Of a DNA stretch of 47,740 bases, positions 1 through 10,168 are shown in pieces. The stretch's first letter is position 1. Each line of letters opens with the position of its first letter. The translations under genes were made by a program, and so were the position numbers. This DNA comes from Rozella allomycis CSF55 (taxonomy: Eukaryota), in the NCBI GenBank assembly GCA_000442015.1, contig KE561067.1:62001-109740 (forward strand), written 5' to 3'. Under the pieces are notes generated by a model. It was not told where the DNA came from. It made no database searches and saw nothing but the letters and a program-made list of their open reading frames with translations.

Positions 1-361
1 AGATGTAATATATAATAAACCCTTTTAAATGTCAATCAATAGTTAAAAGTTGTAATAACCGCGGTTTCGTTTATTTTCGTAAAAAATGATATATTGCGTC
101 CAACGTGTCATGAAATATGCTCTGAACTCTATATAATTTTGGATCCAGCCTGGGTTTAGGGAGTTCATTGAGTGATGAATCTTCCAGTTCGAGATTGTCA
201 TGTATGATGTTCTTGGGACCACTTTGATAAATGTAGCAGCCAAATAAAATGTAGCCTGCTTCAATTGATCTAAACATTCTGCCAATTGAATACATTTTTA
301 TCATCTTTGTCTATAAATAGCATCGTACGTTATATCCATGCAGGAGAAGTCCCTGTTTCAT

Positions 362-1384
362 ATGTATCGTTGTATATTTCTTTTTTGTGTATTTGTATTT
401 AAATATTGCTCAGCTACTATGAGCTCTGCCGACGCTAATAAACTCTTGGCTTTGACAAATCAACATCGCGCGTCAATAGGCTTAAATGCGCTGCAGCTGG
501 ATAGCAAATTAACCGCTGCTGCAGAAGGACATTCAGTTACTCAAGCTCAAACAAAAACTATGAGCCACAATGGGTTTGACAATCGAGTCGCAACGTGTGG
601 GTTTCCAGGAAAAGTATGGGCTGAAAACGTGGGTATGACAGAAAATAAGCCGATAAATGTCGCTGAAATGCATCAAGGCTGGCTGAATTCACCGAAGCAT
701 CGCGAAAATATTGAAAAGGTGGGCCTCACTCATGTGGGATTTGGTTTGGCTGCCAACGGAAATTTATTGTATTATACACAATTTTTTGGTGGAACTTCAT
801 CAGGGTCGAACTACAGTGGAGCAAAACCACAAAGTCAGCAACCATCAAGTTATCAAGGATCTCCTTCAAATGGTCATCGTGCCCTGTCTGATAATTTCGC
901 AGGCAATAATGGCGGGTCTGCGGCTAATAATTCGCCCGCATTTAATAGTGAACCTACTGGCAATAACATGCCGACTAATAGTGGCGATAACATACCAATG
1001 AAGGGTATCAGACCTAAGCAATCAAAGTCGCGTGGAAGTGGCATTCCTCAAGTCCAAAATCAAAATGTACCGAATAGTTCGGAGGAAAATGTTCCATCTT
1101 TTCAAGGAAATTCAAGTGGAAATCAAGCTATGCCTTCTATGCCTTCTATGGATGCCTTTTTCGGAAACATATTTGGTGGACTTATGAACGGACAACAGCC
1201 AAATTCTCAAACTCAGTATTCCAGTGATCCAAACGCTCACCAAACCCAATATTCAAGCGATCCAAACACCAAACAAACCCAATCAAAAGGAAATGGTTCA
1301 CCGACATCCGGTTCTCAACCATTTAATTTACCAGGACCAAACAACTTACAATCTAATTGCGCCAAGGGTGCACCTTCCAATGGA
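362..1384 (+). CDS. Secreted CAP/SCP (YkwD-like) domain protein with Ser/Asn/Gln/Pro-rich tail; 3' end lost at contig join N1385
   Basis: Hydrophobic signal-like N-terminus from ATG 362 (alternative ATG 338). CAP motifs TNQHRASIGL, HSVTQA..MSHNG, AENVG, WLNSPKHRENI and HVGFG..YYTQFFG. Confidence 0.85.
1208..1282 (+). repeat. 33-bp coding tandem repeat (QTQYSSDPNAH / QTQYSSDPNTK / QTQ)
   Basis: Two full units and one partial unit read directly from the sequence. Confidence 0.85.
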
Positions 1385-1414
1385 NTAAACTTTAACTCTT
1401 TTAGAGAAAATATT

Positions 1415-2889
1415 TTATTTCAGTTTTTTGACTAGCTCGACTAATACCACCTTATTATCCGGGGACTTTAAATCAAGTGATATTTGAATTTACAACTAGG
1501 GAGAGCTCAATAATAATATATATAAACTCGACCACCAAGCACGCTTTACAATCATTGTTGGAATATACTATTATTTTTTCAAAAGCTTCACGATAATTTT
1601 CAAATGCTTCTGCGGACACCTGTTCTTATAAATATCTTAAAAGTTACAATCAAAGGGTACCTGAGCAATAAATTAACCGAAGCAAGTCTCGCTAGTCTAC
1701 CCAAAGAGAGATCAGTGATAGCCAAAGCCGTCATAAATTCGAAAATCAAGCTAGCCTCTTCGAATGTAATTCTTTCAATTTTACTCAAATGAAACAGAAA
1801 TTCCAAATCGATATTGTCGTATCCATTTAAAATCAGCTGCCGTGAAAAGTTTAGAATACAACTTTACTGTATAAAAGGATCTAACAAAACTGAAATGGAA
1901 AGATTGGAATGCGTAACAAGTGTAAGAATCATTCTGATTAACACATTACGCAAGATATCGCTCTTATGATATTCCACTAATGAAAATATTAAATGCTTGT
2001 AGCACTGAACTGCAAACAGAGGCTTGTTATGAAGCAAAGTCTCGCATAAATCAGAAAGATATAGAAAGGAAAGCATTTTATCACCGACCGATTTTTGGCC
2101 TCGAAGCTGCATCAATGAAAACTATGATACATACTCTAAGAATTCTATTAATTAGAATGTTGAATTGTTCTTCTGTTACAGAGAGATGTAGAATCATTTG
2201 ATATGCCAAGAAACTCTTTTCATCGAGGCTAGATTCTTATTCACTTCAGGCCTTATTGTTACTCGAAGAAAATTCAATGATGTTTAAAACATTTTGTTGA
2301 AAAAAATTAACGAGTTCAATATCGTCATTGTTCACTTCAAATAGTATATGTTGTCTTACCTGTGCTAATTCAACAAAGGCGTACTCATCATTTTGTAGAA
2401 TTTTTAAGAAATAGTTCAACATATTTGAGTTATAGGTATCTGATCTATAGATTGCTATTAGTAAAGAGCTCAATGTCTTATATTTGATCCTCTTTTCATA
2501 ATCCGTGATTTGGGGGATATAGATATCCTGGATCCTCATTTATTTCTATCTTCCGATTTACCATGTTTTTATGTATTCATCATTAAAATTCTGTGATTTA
2601 AGTAGTTTTAGGATAACCTGATGGGTCAAATGCAATATTTCATCATTTTTGTTGTCTTGTGTAATGGAGGATAATATCGTTAAGGAATCTATTCTGTCTT
2701 GAATCGTTTCTTTATTAAAAAATGTAAGTAGATCGTCTGACTCGAGAATAAGATTTAGCCATTTTGAAAGTTTATCTATAAATTAGCTGGCGAAAATCTA
2801 CCACAATCATTTGATAAGTCACTAATTTCTTTAACCTTACTCACTTTTAAAGCGGTTCTATTTAAATACTGCTTGCTGGTTTTTGTCAT
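1415..2889 (-). CDS. Uncharacterised alpha-helical protein with 6-8 ultra-short introns, including an apparent GT-CG intron at 1841-1867
   Basis: One continuous frame after removing 26-28 nt introns. Contains the block YKHLIFSLVEYH..SVLLDPFIQQLILNGYDNIDLEFL. Start uncertain (ATG 2889 or 2915). Confidence 0.6.
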
Positions 2890-2996
2890 AATGTTGTGAG
2901 GTAGTTAGTTACCATTTACTATCAAAGCATGAATGAAGAAGAATCTTTTTCTACAAAAAAGTAAAAACTTTATTCTTTATTTTTAAAATGTTGTTC

Positions 2997-3446
2997 TCAC
3001 AAAATCTTACAGGAAATGTAGATTATTGAATAAAGAAGAAGAGTAGGAAGAAATGTTTTTACAACTGACAATTTGTCAATAAAGGTACCAAAGAAAAACA
3101 TCTTCAACGCTATTTTCAAGACATCAATAAATCCTAATTCTTTGCCATTAATTGCATACAAAACATGATGGTGACAGTTGCACGTAATCAAGTTGTGCAT
3201 TCTAGATCCGAAAATCTGGTTGCTAATTTCTATGTTGGAATCCCACTCAGTTTCTTCATTTTTTTCTATGTGATATTGTAGGTAGCGAGTAGGCGCCCCG
3301 AATGCTAAATTCCCTCTCCCGATATGAAAGGGGCCTGCAAAGTCAAATACAGTTCCGGTCGAGTCGGTAATTCCAACATGACCTATAACTGGCAACATGT
3401 AAGTTAATATTGGTATAGGTGTCCATACGATACAAAAAGGCCTCAT
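2997..3446 (-). CDS. TMEM222: TMEM222/RTE1-like (DUF778) membrane protein
   Basis: PFCIVWTPIP..LPVIGHVGI..G..FDFAGP, LAFG.PTRY and HNLITCNCHHHV motifs; intronless. Confidence 0.9.
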   Translation of the reverse strand: MRPFCIVWTPIPILTYMLPVIGHVGITDSTGTVFDFAGPFHIGRGNLAFGAPTRYLQYHIEKNEETEWDSNIEISNQIFGSRMHNLITCNCHHHVLYAINGKELGFIDVLKIALKMFFFGTFIDKLSVVKTFLPTLLLYSIIYISCKIL

Positions 3447-3491
3447 CAAGCTTTTATCTTCTTTTACGTAGTTTTGGACCCTTGCTATAAA

Positions 3492-4559
3492 ATGACTGAA
3501 GATATTATTGCACATATTTCTGAGACAGGACCGAAACTTGTTTGTTTGATTGAAAAAAATAGTGAAATTGAAGAGATAAAAGACTTTTTGGAGAAACATC
3601 CTGAATCTGTTCACTACAGGTTACCAGAGACTTTGGATTCACCTCTGCACATCGCCGTAAGACAAGGTTCACTTGCGGTAGTTAAATCTTTAATAGAATA
3701 TGGGCATATTTGGAATGAAGTGAACAAAGATAAAATCTCTGCCGGTGAATTAGCTGAAAAGGATTCCGATATTTACGAATACTTGTTGAATGAAGGATGT
3801 CGATGCGAAATGATATTAAACTTGCTAGAGCGTAAAAACACGGAATTTGAAAATGAATACGGAGAATCTGATAATTTGACTGTGCAGTACTTGTCTAATG
3901 ATATTACGTATTCTGATGGAAAATTGCTGGACTCGGAAAAGAATGCAGTGATGATGGCTTGGGAAGCGCCTTTAATGAAGCGGCACGCTGAAATTTTGGT
4001 TCCAAGAGAAAATGAGGTTCATGTGCTTAACATTGGATTTGGATTGGGAATCATCGATTCATATATTCAGCAAAGAAATCCCAAATCTCACACGATAATT
4101 GAAGCTCATCCAAAAGTATTGGAGTATATGAAAAACAATGGTTGGTATGAAAAAGAAAACGTTAGAATTCTGGAGGGAACTTGGCAAGATTGTTTGCCTA
4201 AAATAATGAATGAAAATTACGAATTTTGCAATTTATTTGATTCAATATTTTTTGATACTTTTTCAGAGAACTATCAAGCGCTGTACAAATTTCATTCGTT
4301 TTTACCACAGATTCTTAAGGAGGGTGGCACCTACACTTTCTTTAACGGATTGGGTGGCACGAACCAATTTTTCTACAGTGTGTATTCCAGAATAGTTGAT
4401 ATGGACTTGGCTCAACTTGGTTTTAAAGTGGAATTCGAAAATATTTCAATGAATGACCTTGGAGATGACATTTGGCAAGACACTAGGCGCGAGTATTGGT
4501 CATTACCTGTTTATATGCTGCCTATTTGCATTTTAGAATCAATGTGGGAAGAAGAATAA
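3492..4559 (+). CDS. RMT2: Type IV protein arginine N-methyltransferase Rmt2 (ankyrin plus GAMT-like methyltransferase domain)
   Basis: Ankyrin SPLHIA motif; VMMAWEAPLM, VLNIGFGLGIID, HTIIEAHP, FFDTFSENY and FFNGLG motifs. Confidence 0.93.
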   Translation: MTEDIIAHISETGPKLVCLIEKNSEIEEIKDFLEKHPESVHYRLPETLDSPLHIAVRQGSLAVVKSLIEYGHIWNEVNKDKISAGELAEKDSDIYEYLLNEGCRCEMILNLLERKNTEFENEYGESDNLTVQYLSNDITYSDGKLLDSEKNAVMMAWEAPLMKRHAEILVPRENEVHVLNIGFGLGIIDSYIQQRNPKSHTIIEAHPKVLEYMKNNGWYEKENVRILEGTWQDCLPKIMNENYEFCNLFDSIFFDTFSENYQALYKFHSFLPQILKEGGTYTFFNGLGGTNQFFYSVYSRIVDMDLAQLGFKVEFENISMNDLGDDIWQDTRREYWSLPVYMLPICILESMWEEE

Positions 4560-4892
4560 ATGCATTTATAATAAAAGAATTTATCTTATATTTAATATTC
4601 ATTCTATTTTGGTAAGCATTTGAATAGAATATTGCGCCTGCTTGAGTTGACTTTAATGCATTTACTTGAACAATTTCTTCTTCAATGCTATCAACAATCA
4701 AGTTGATGTCAGTTTCATTCTGTGAAACAGGATCATACAGGGATTGGACCAAGTAGTCCATTCGTGATGTGTTCAACAAGTAACACTGTCGGTGAGATAG
4801 CATGTTCTTAAAGTTTGAACTTATCACTTTGATTTTTATAAATTACATTAAAGCCTCGGGTGGTTTGTCCCTTTTGTTGATCGTCATCTAGT

Positions 4893-5496
4893 ATGGGTGG
4901 GTTTCGTTCTAGAACGGTCCATGAAACAAAAATCATGAAAGATGAAGACGTTCTTCAACATATACAAAGTCAAGCAATTCAATATCTGATGCTTTCGTTC
5001 TCCTATCATAGCATTACCGTGTCCTCTACACGCAATGAACTGTTGGTTAATGCTAAGCATCGTAGTGCCAAATTTCTATTGATGGTCCATAGAACTAGTG
5101 TCAATCAATCGTGAATCGGGTGCTTCAGAAATGGAATTCCCCATGTCAATTCTTACTACCTTAGCTCAACGCAAATTCAAATGAGTGATGGTACAACATA
5201 CGAAGAATTAGGGAAATGCTTTGGTCGTTTGATGGGCTATCACTCGGGATTAGATAGAATTGTTTACAGTGAGTAGCTGGCAATAAAGCTATTGTTGGTC
5301 TTGACTTGGAAAGTCTCTTGACATGAGATCATCAACCAGGTATCAACCTGACAACAAAAGACTTCGTTTTGATTAATTCTCACTTAGTAACTATGCTCCT
5401 CCTGCTGCTAATACTTCTGCTCATGTCTTTGTGTGTTATGATCAATTGGTTGGTGTAGACAAGGGGTTTGAAGCAGAGTCTCGATCTATTTTATAA
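4893..5496 (+). pseudogene. Degenerate C-terminal half of a double-jelly-roll major capsid protein (Polinton-like virus/virophage type)
   Basis: Read across 3 stops and 2 frameshifts: SFSYHSITVSSTRNELLVNAKHRSAKFLLMVHR...YEELGKCFGRL...KAIVGLDLE...PGINLT...ANTSAHVFVCYDQLVGVDKG. The motif order resembles PLV MCP C-termini; recognised by eye only. Confidence 0.65.
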
Positions 5497-5501
5497 TACG
5501 T

Positions 5502-5653
5502 ATGATGTACGACTATCAAAAATCTCAATCAAAAGTCATCAAACGCCTTATTGATTTAGATGAAAGTGAAAAACCTCGAGACTACACGTTAGTAAGAGGC
5601 GCCTTAGCTATTTCGGAATTACAAGGAATGCTAGATTTGACAGTTGATGACAG
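5502..5653 (+). CDS. Small capsid-linked ORF, copy 1 (MMYDYQKSQSKVIKRLIDLDE...), truncated at N5654
   Basis: Intronless ORF starting 5 nt after the MCP-like stop; homologous to 5889-6131. Confidence 0.55.
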
Positions 5654-5707
5654 NCGAAGTTTTTGACAAAAAAGTTGTTCAGGAGGTGCAAAGCCGACAT
5701 TATATAT

Positions 5708-6131
5708 CCTACTTCGAAGGACTTGGTTTTTATGAATATGCACTTTGCCTCTCCTGCTGCTAATACCTCAGCTCAGGTGTCTGTTTGTTACGATCAATTG
5801 TTTGAAGTGGACAAGGGATTTGTAGTTAGGTTGATAAAGTAATGAGAAGCTCGAACTCTCAATTATATTTCTCATACTATATTTAGTTATGCTATACGGC
5901 TATCAGAAATCGTAATCACAACTCATTAAACGATTAATTGATTTAGATGAACGTGAAAGTCCTCGAGACAACAATTTAGTAAGAGGCGCATTAGCTATTT
6001 CGGAATTACAAGGAATGCTAGATTTGACAGTTGATGACGGTGACCACAATGATGCGGTATGCACCAAATTTGAAGAAATTATGGTTTGGATTGGTATTTT
6101 GATTGACAAGATAAAGATGTTGCAAAAGTAG
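5708..6131 (+). mobile_element. Second diverged copy of the viral module: MCP C-terminus (5708-5842) plus small ORF copy 2 with an internal TAA (5889-6131)
   Basis: TSKDLVFMNMHFASPAANTSAQVSVCYDQLFEVDKGFVVRLIK* followed by MLYGYQKS*SQLIKRLIDLDERESPRD...KIKMLQK*. Same order as copy 1, with many substitutions. Confidence 0.65.
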
Positions 6132-6392
6132 TTTTAAATCGCTCTTTAAATGCATACACAGCAAGGGAGAAACTAGTCGGCCCCTAAACGATAAATGACT
6201 AGTTCCAATTGTTTGCACAATTTGAGTTTGCGGTGATTCTGGTTGATTCTTGGTTTTGAAGACGGATCGATTCGGATATCGGAATTGCAGGAGGTCTTGG
6301 AGTCTAATGGTTGTTAACTTGTTATTGATTTATCCACGTCACTTGTGTTGACTGATGTTGATTTGCAAGCGAGCACCTAGCGGTAGTGTTGT

Positions 6393-6845
6393 TAACGGCT
6401 CGTAATCTTGCAGCCGCAATTTGACAACTTCATGTGGCCTTTAGAGGCGGCATATTGAATAGCCCCATTTTCGCCAGCATGTCGGAAATGCCAAATGGGC
6501 ATTGTCACAAGCACTTGGATCTACTCGAGAGTCTTGTAGCAAAATTGCAACAACTTCCACGTGACCATTAGAAGAAGCTCTTATAATAGCACCATTGTCG
6601 GAGGCACTTGGAGTTACTCTAGAATCTTTTAGCAATAATTTAACAACTTCCGCAAGACCATTTATGCAGGCTACCCAAAGAGGTTCATTGTTTTTTACAC
6701 TTGGGTCCACTTTTGAATCTCTCGACAAAGGTTTAACACATTCAGTGACACCATTCTGACATGCAAAGTAGAATGAATTGTTAACAGTTGCTGGAGAAAA
6801 ACATTTTTCTTGCAAGACATTAAGAATATCAACCAGCCCCTCATA
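6393..6845 (-). pseudogene. Degenerate DSRVDPS-type ankyrin-repeat gene
   Basis: About 3-4 34-aa repeats with frameshifts at the 3' end and no clean start. Confidence 0.75.
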
Positions 6846-6971
6846 ACTTTTTTATGTTATCCAGAATTTCCATACATTCTTTTACGGTCAATAATTTGTA
6901 GGAACAAACAAGATAGACATACAATCAATAGGAAAAATATATAATTTATTACCCTAAAATCATATAAAACG

Positions 6972-7838
6972 TCACAAAATAACTCTACCATCCACCCTAG
7001 GATCTTCTAGCAAAATGCTGACAACTTCATTTCGGATTTTCTTGAAAGCATTGCGAAGAGCGTAATTGTTACAGGCACTGGGATCTACTCTAGAATCTTT
7101 CAGTAAAGTTTTAACAACTTCCACATGACCATTTTCAGCAGCCCATCGAATAGCAGCATTGTTAGACGAACTTGGATCTACTCTAGAATCTTTTAGCAAA
7201 ATCTTAACAACTTCCACGTGACCATAATCTGCAGCATATCTAATAGCACGATTGTCGCAAGCACTTGGATCTACTCTAGAATCTTCTAGCAATATTTTAA
7301 CAACTTCCACGAGGCCATTTTCGGCTGCACATCGAATACAATCATTTTGACAGGCACTTGGATCCACCCTAGAATCTTTAAGCAAAATATTAACAACCTC
7401 TACATGACCATTAGAGGCAGCACATCGAATACAATCATTATCACAGGCACTTGGATCTACTCTAGAATCTTTCAGCAAAATTTTGACAAATTCCGCGTGG
7501 CCGTATCTGGCAGCATATCGAATGGTACCATTGTCGTAAGCACCTGGATCTACTCTGGAATCTTCAAGCAACATTGTAAAAACTTCAACGTGGCCATATT
7601 CGGCCGCATATGTTAAAGCACCATTGTCGAAAGCACTGGGATCTACCCTTAAATCACTCAGCAAAATCTTAACAACTTCAACATGGTCATCAGACATGGC
7701 GTTTCGAATAGCACCATTGTCGCACGCACTTGGATCTACGCTAGAATCTGCAAGCAAAATTTTAACAACTTCCACATGACCATATTCAGCAGCATATCTA
7801 ATAGCATCATTGTCGCAAGCACTTGGATCTACTCTAGA
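6972..7838 (-). CDS. Ankyrin-repeat protein, about 8 tandem 34-aa (102-bp) units; 5' end lost at N7839
   Basis: Repeating DSRVDPSACDNxAIRYAAxxGHVEVVKILLE; intronless. Confidence 0.92.
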   Translation of the reverse strand, partial: SRVDPSACDNDAIRYAAEYGHVEVVKILLADSSVDPSACDNGAIRNAMSDDHVEVVKILLSDLRVDPSAFDNGALTYAAEYGHVEVFTMLLEDSRVDPGAYDNGTIRYAARYGHAEFVKILLKDSRVDPSACDNDCIRCAASNGHVEVVNILLKDSRVDPSACQNDCIRCAAENGLVEVVKILLEDSRVDPSACDNRAIRYAADYGHVEVVKILLKDSRVDPSSSNNAAIRWAAENGHVEVVKTLLKDSRVDPSACNNYALRNAFKKIRNEVVSILLEDPRVDGRVIL

Positions 7839-7839
7839 N

Positions 7840-7914
7840 ACCAAATTTGAATTAATTATGGCCTGCATTGGTATTTTGATTGACATGATAGAGGTGTTGC
7901 AAAAGGAAATTTGA
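7840..7914 (+). repeat. 3' fragment of small capsid-linked ORF, copy 3
   Basis: TKFELIMACIGILIDMIEVLQKEI* matches TKFEEIMVWIGILIDKIKMLQK* of copy 2. Confidence 0.7.
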
Positions 7915-8019
7915 GGACCGCGGTAGAGTGCCAAGTCCAATTTACCGTGAACGGTAGCCCTTCGTAGCTTAAAGAGATTATAGAGAGTATGAAACAAAGA
8001 CAGTAAATAAAATGCACTT

Positions 8020-9076
8020 TTATGGAGGTGTGAGATTATCAACATTCACTTTGAGTCCTTGAATATAATTGTCCAAGTCGTTGTGAAATGAGATTGTCGA
8101 ACCAAAATTGTTCAACAGCTGATTCATTTCTTTGAAGGCGTTCTCAATTCTCTGCTGCAGTCTCCATTCTTCAAGTGATTCAAGTAAAACCTATTCCTTC
8201 ATTTCTCTGTCCAGTCTGATATTAATCCAAGGGTAATTAAACTCACCGCTCCCATTGTAAAATTGTTCCAGGATATCATTCTTGGTGGAATTTTGTTGGC
8301 TCTCAATGCGTAAGTCTACAATCATTGGTCTTCCCTGCACTTGTCCACAATTTGTCTCAGAATGCGTGAGATCAAATCCAGCTGAAGCAGCGCTTTGCTG
8401 CTTGCAGAGTCCTTTGTCAACCTTGATAGCAAATCCTGTTGACATTCTTTAGTCGCAATGTACATAGTTCTCTTGGTGCCATGATAAGGGATGATAAAGT
8501 GAGGCTCGGGACTCATTCCAATGCAATGAAAAGTTTGTAGATGAAAGGTTCTTTTTCATCTAGTACACGTGTACTTTGAAGGTTGCTCTCTGTTGGGCCA
8601 TGTTGGTGAGTTTTGATGTAGTGGCTATTTGTTTGAGTTCCATCACTTACATCACAGACAATCCAGCCTGGACTCCATTTCTCTTGACTCTTGGGATAAA
8701 ACTTGATGTCCAATGAACCCTACTCATTTCCACACTTCACATGGCGAACGAGAAAGGGTATCTTGAATCACTTCAGTATTTGCGTCCAAATACAGCAAAT
8801 ACAGTGCGATTTTAAGGAGGAGAGTTTTGTAGATTTCAAAGCGTTCTTTGGTTTGAATGACAAATCCAGACTCTCTCAGCCATTTAGACAGAGCCAATCC
8901 AGCATCGGCCATCTCGATTCGGATTACACCTCTCATTCTGGGGATGCTGTTTCCTATTTCAACAAACTTGTTCTATTTCCAGAGGTTGTTTTTTTGCAAG
9001 GGTCTTAGTATAGGGTTTCCGATAGAAATCGGAGATTTTGCAATGCGTTTTATTAAAGTATTTTGTTGGAGCATGA
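8020..9076 (-). pseudogene. Disrupted atypical (PI3K/PI4K-like fold) kinase-like gene
   Basis: Joined frames give YIKTHQHGPT...DEKEPFIYKL..IGMSPEPHFIIPYHG..TMYIAT...LDLISRIL...NCGQV.GRPMIVD, with several stops and frameshifts; intronless. Confidence 0.55.
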
Positions 9077-9283
9077 CGCTCTAGAAGACTTGGAACTAAA
9101 AGTCTAAAACAAATCCCAGAATACCCGGGAATGGATTGATAAAAGTCATGAGGTGAGCCTTGCGGGTTTCGCAGTTGAAAAATTGAAATCGGTCAGTAGC
9201 TGGCAAATGCGGCGTGTTACCTATATAAAGGTCCGTAAATCAAGAAGGGATAAAATTTGAAGAAATATGGTTTATTTACAAGA

Positions 9284-10147
9284 TCATTGCAATTGAGTTG
9301 TCTTTGTAACAGCTTTTGGTCCCAATGTTCTATTTTTTGTCATTTTGAGTTTCAATTCATCGATTATGTTGGTTACTAAAATAGACTGTATTGTGTTTGA
9401 TAATGCGAATATCACGTTAACATAAATGAAGAGACCATCAATGTTCGGCAGTACAGTTGTCATCCATTCACAAGCGGTGATAGCAGTGGTACAAAAAATA
9501 TTATGAAAAGACATTGACAACCATTTTTTAGAATCATTCATAGATACTTTATCGCATCTTCGTTTTAATATATACATAGAAATCGCTTTACGAAGAAATA
9601 CAAGAAGCACTATTAATTCTACCGCTGTCTTTAATGCTAATTGATACGGCGCGATAGAGAAATCAGCGACGAATAGGCAGAGTGTCCCACTCATTGACAC
9701 AGACTTTATTGTGGTCAGCTGATACGTAGAGAGTGCAGCTCGAAGAATTAGCAAGCCATACACAGCAATCGAAAGTCGATTTGGTCGGGACGTAAATACT
9801 TGAGATCGGAATAATAAAACACACTCCATTGCTAAAATGAACAGATTATAAACTATGAAGCCAATTATAGTCAATATTTGACAATCCACCATTGGATCAG
9901 TAAAGGATAATAGTATGGTCACGTTACGAGCGAAACATAATATTAATTGCGCAAAAATTGCCAATGGCGCGCGTTTAAAAATGAGTCCTTCTCTATGTAA
10001 TTTAGATGAAATCATGCTCAACTGCCACCCTAGACACATTCCAACAAGTGTACATGATAAATTTAAGCCATATTCGTTGGTTGTCATTAAATCCGAATAA
10101 TCGGAGAATAATTTTTTGGCGAATAATATATATTTACTCACTGGCAT
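9284..10147 (-). CDS. Multi-pass (about 7 TM) membrane protein, GPCR-like topology
   Basis: 287-aa intronless ORF with about 7 hydrophobic segments and Cys residues in predicted extracellular loops. Confidence 0.65.
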   Translation of the reverse strand: MPVSKYILFAKKLFSDYSDLMTTNEYGLNLSCTLVGMCLGWQLSMISSKLHREGLIFKRAPLAIFAQLILCFARNVTILLSFTDPMVDCQILTIIGFIVYNLFILAMECVLLFRSQVFTSRPNRLSIAVYGLLILRAALSTYQLTTIKSVSMSGTLCLFVADFSIAPYQLALKTAVELIVLLVFLRKAISMYILKRRCDKVSMNDSKKWLSMSFHNIFCTTAITACEWMTTVLPNIDGLFIYVNVIFALSNTIQSILVTNIIDELKLKMTKNRTLGPKAVTKTTQLQ

Positions 10148-10168
10148 TTTCAGGCAGAAAATTTCTGA

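Noticed and set aside
43-304. Two short minus-strand ORFs at the window start
   Set aside because: No recognisable motifs or consistent splice pattern, so I cannot support a call.
2997-3614. Long 5' overlap between the TMEM222 and RMT2 ORFs
   Set aside because: The conserved TMEM222 sequence begins at ATG 3446 and RMT2 at ATG 3492. The extensions are unconserved open frame.
6972-7838. CRISPR-like periodic repeat
   Set aside because: The 102-bp period is in-frame ankyrin coding sequence with no unique spacers, in a eukaryotic context.
6972-8045. 357-aa ORF as a single protein
   Set aside because: It is chimeric across N7839. The part above the N is antisense to the viral small-ORF fragment and the end of the kinase pseudogene.
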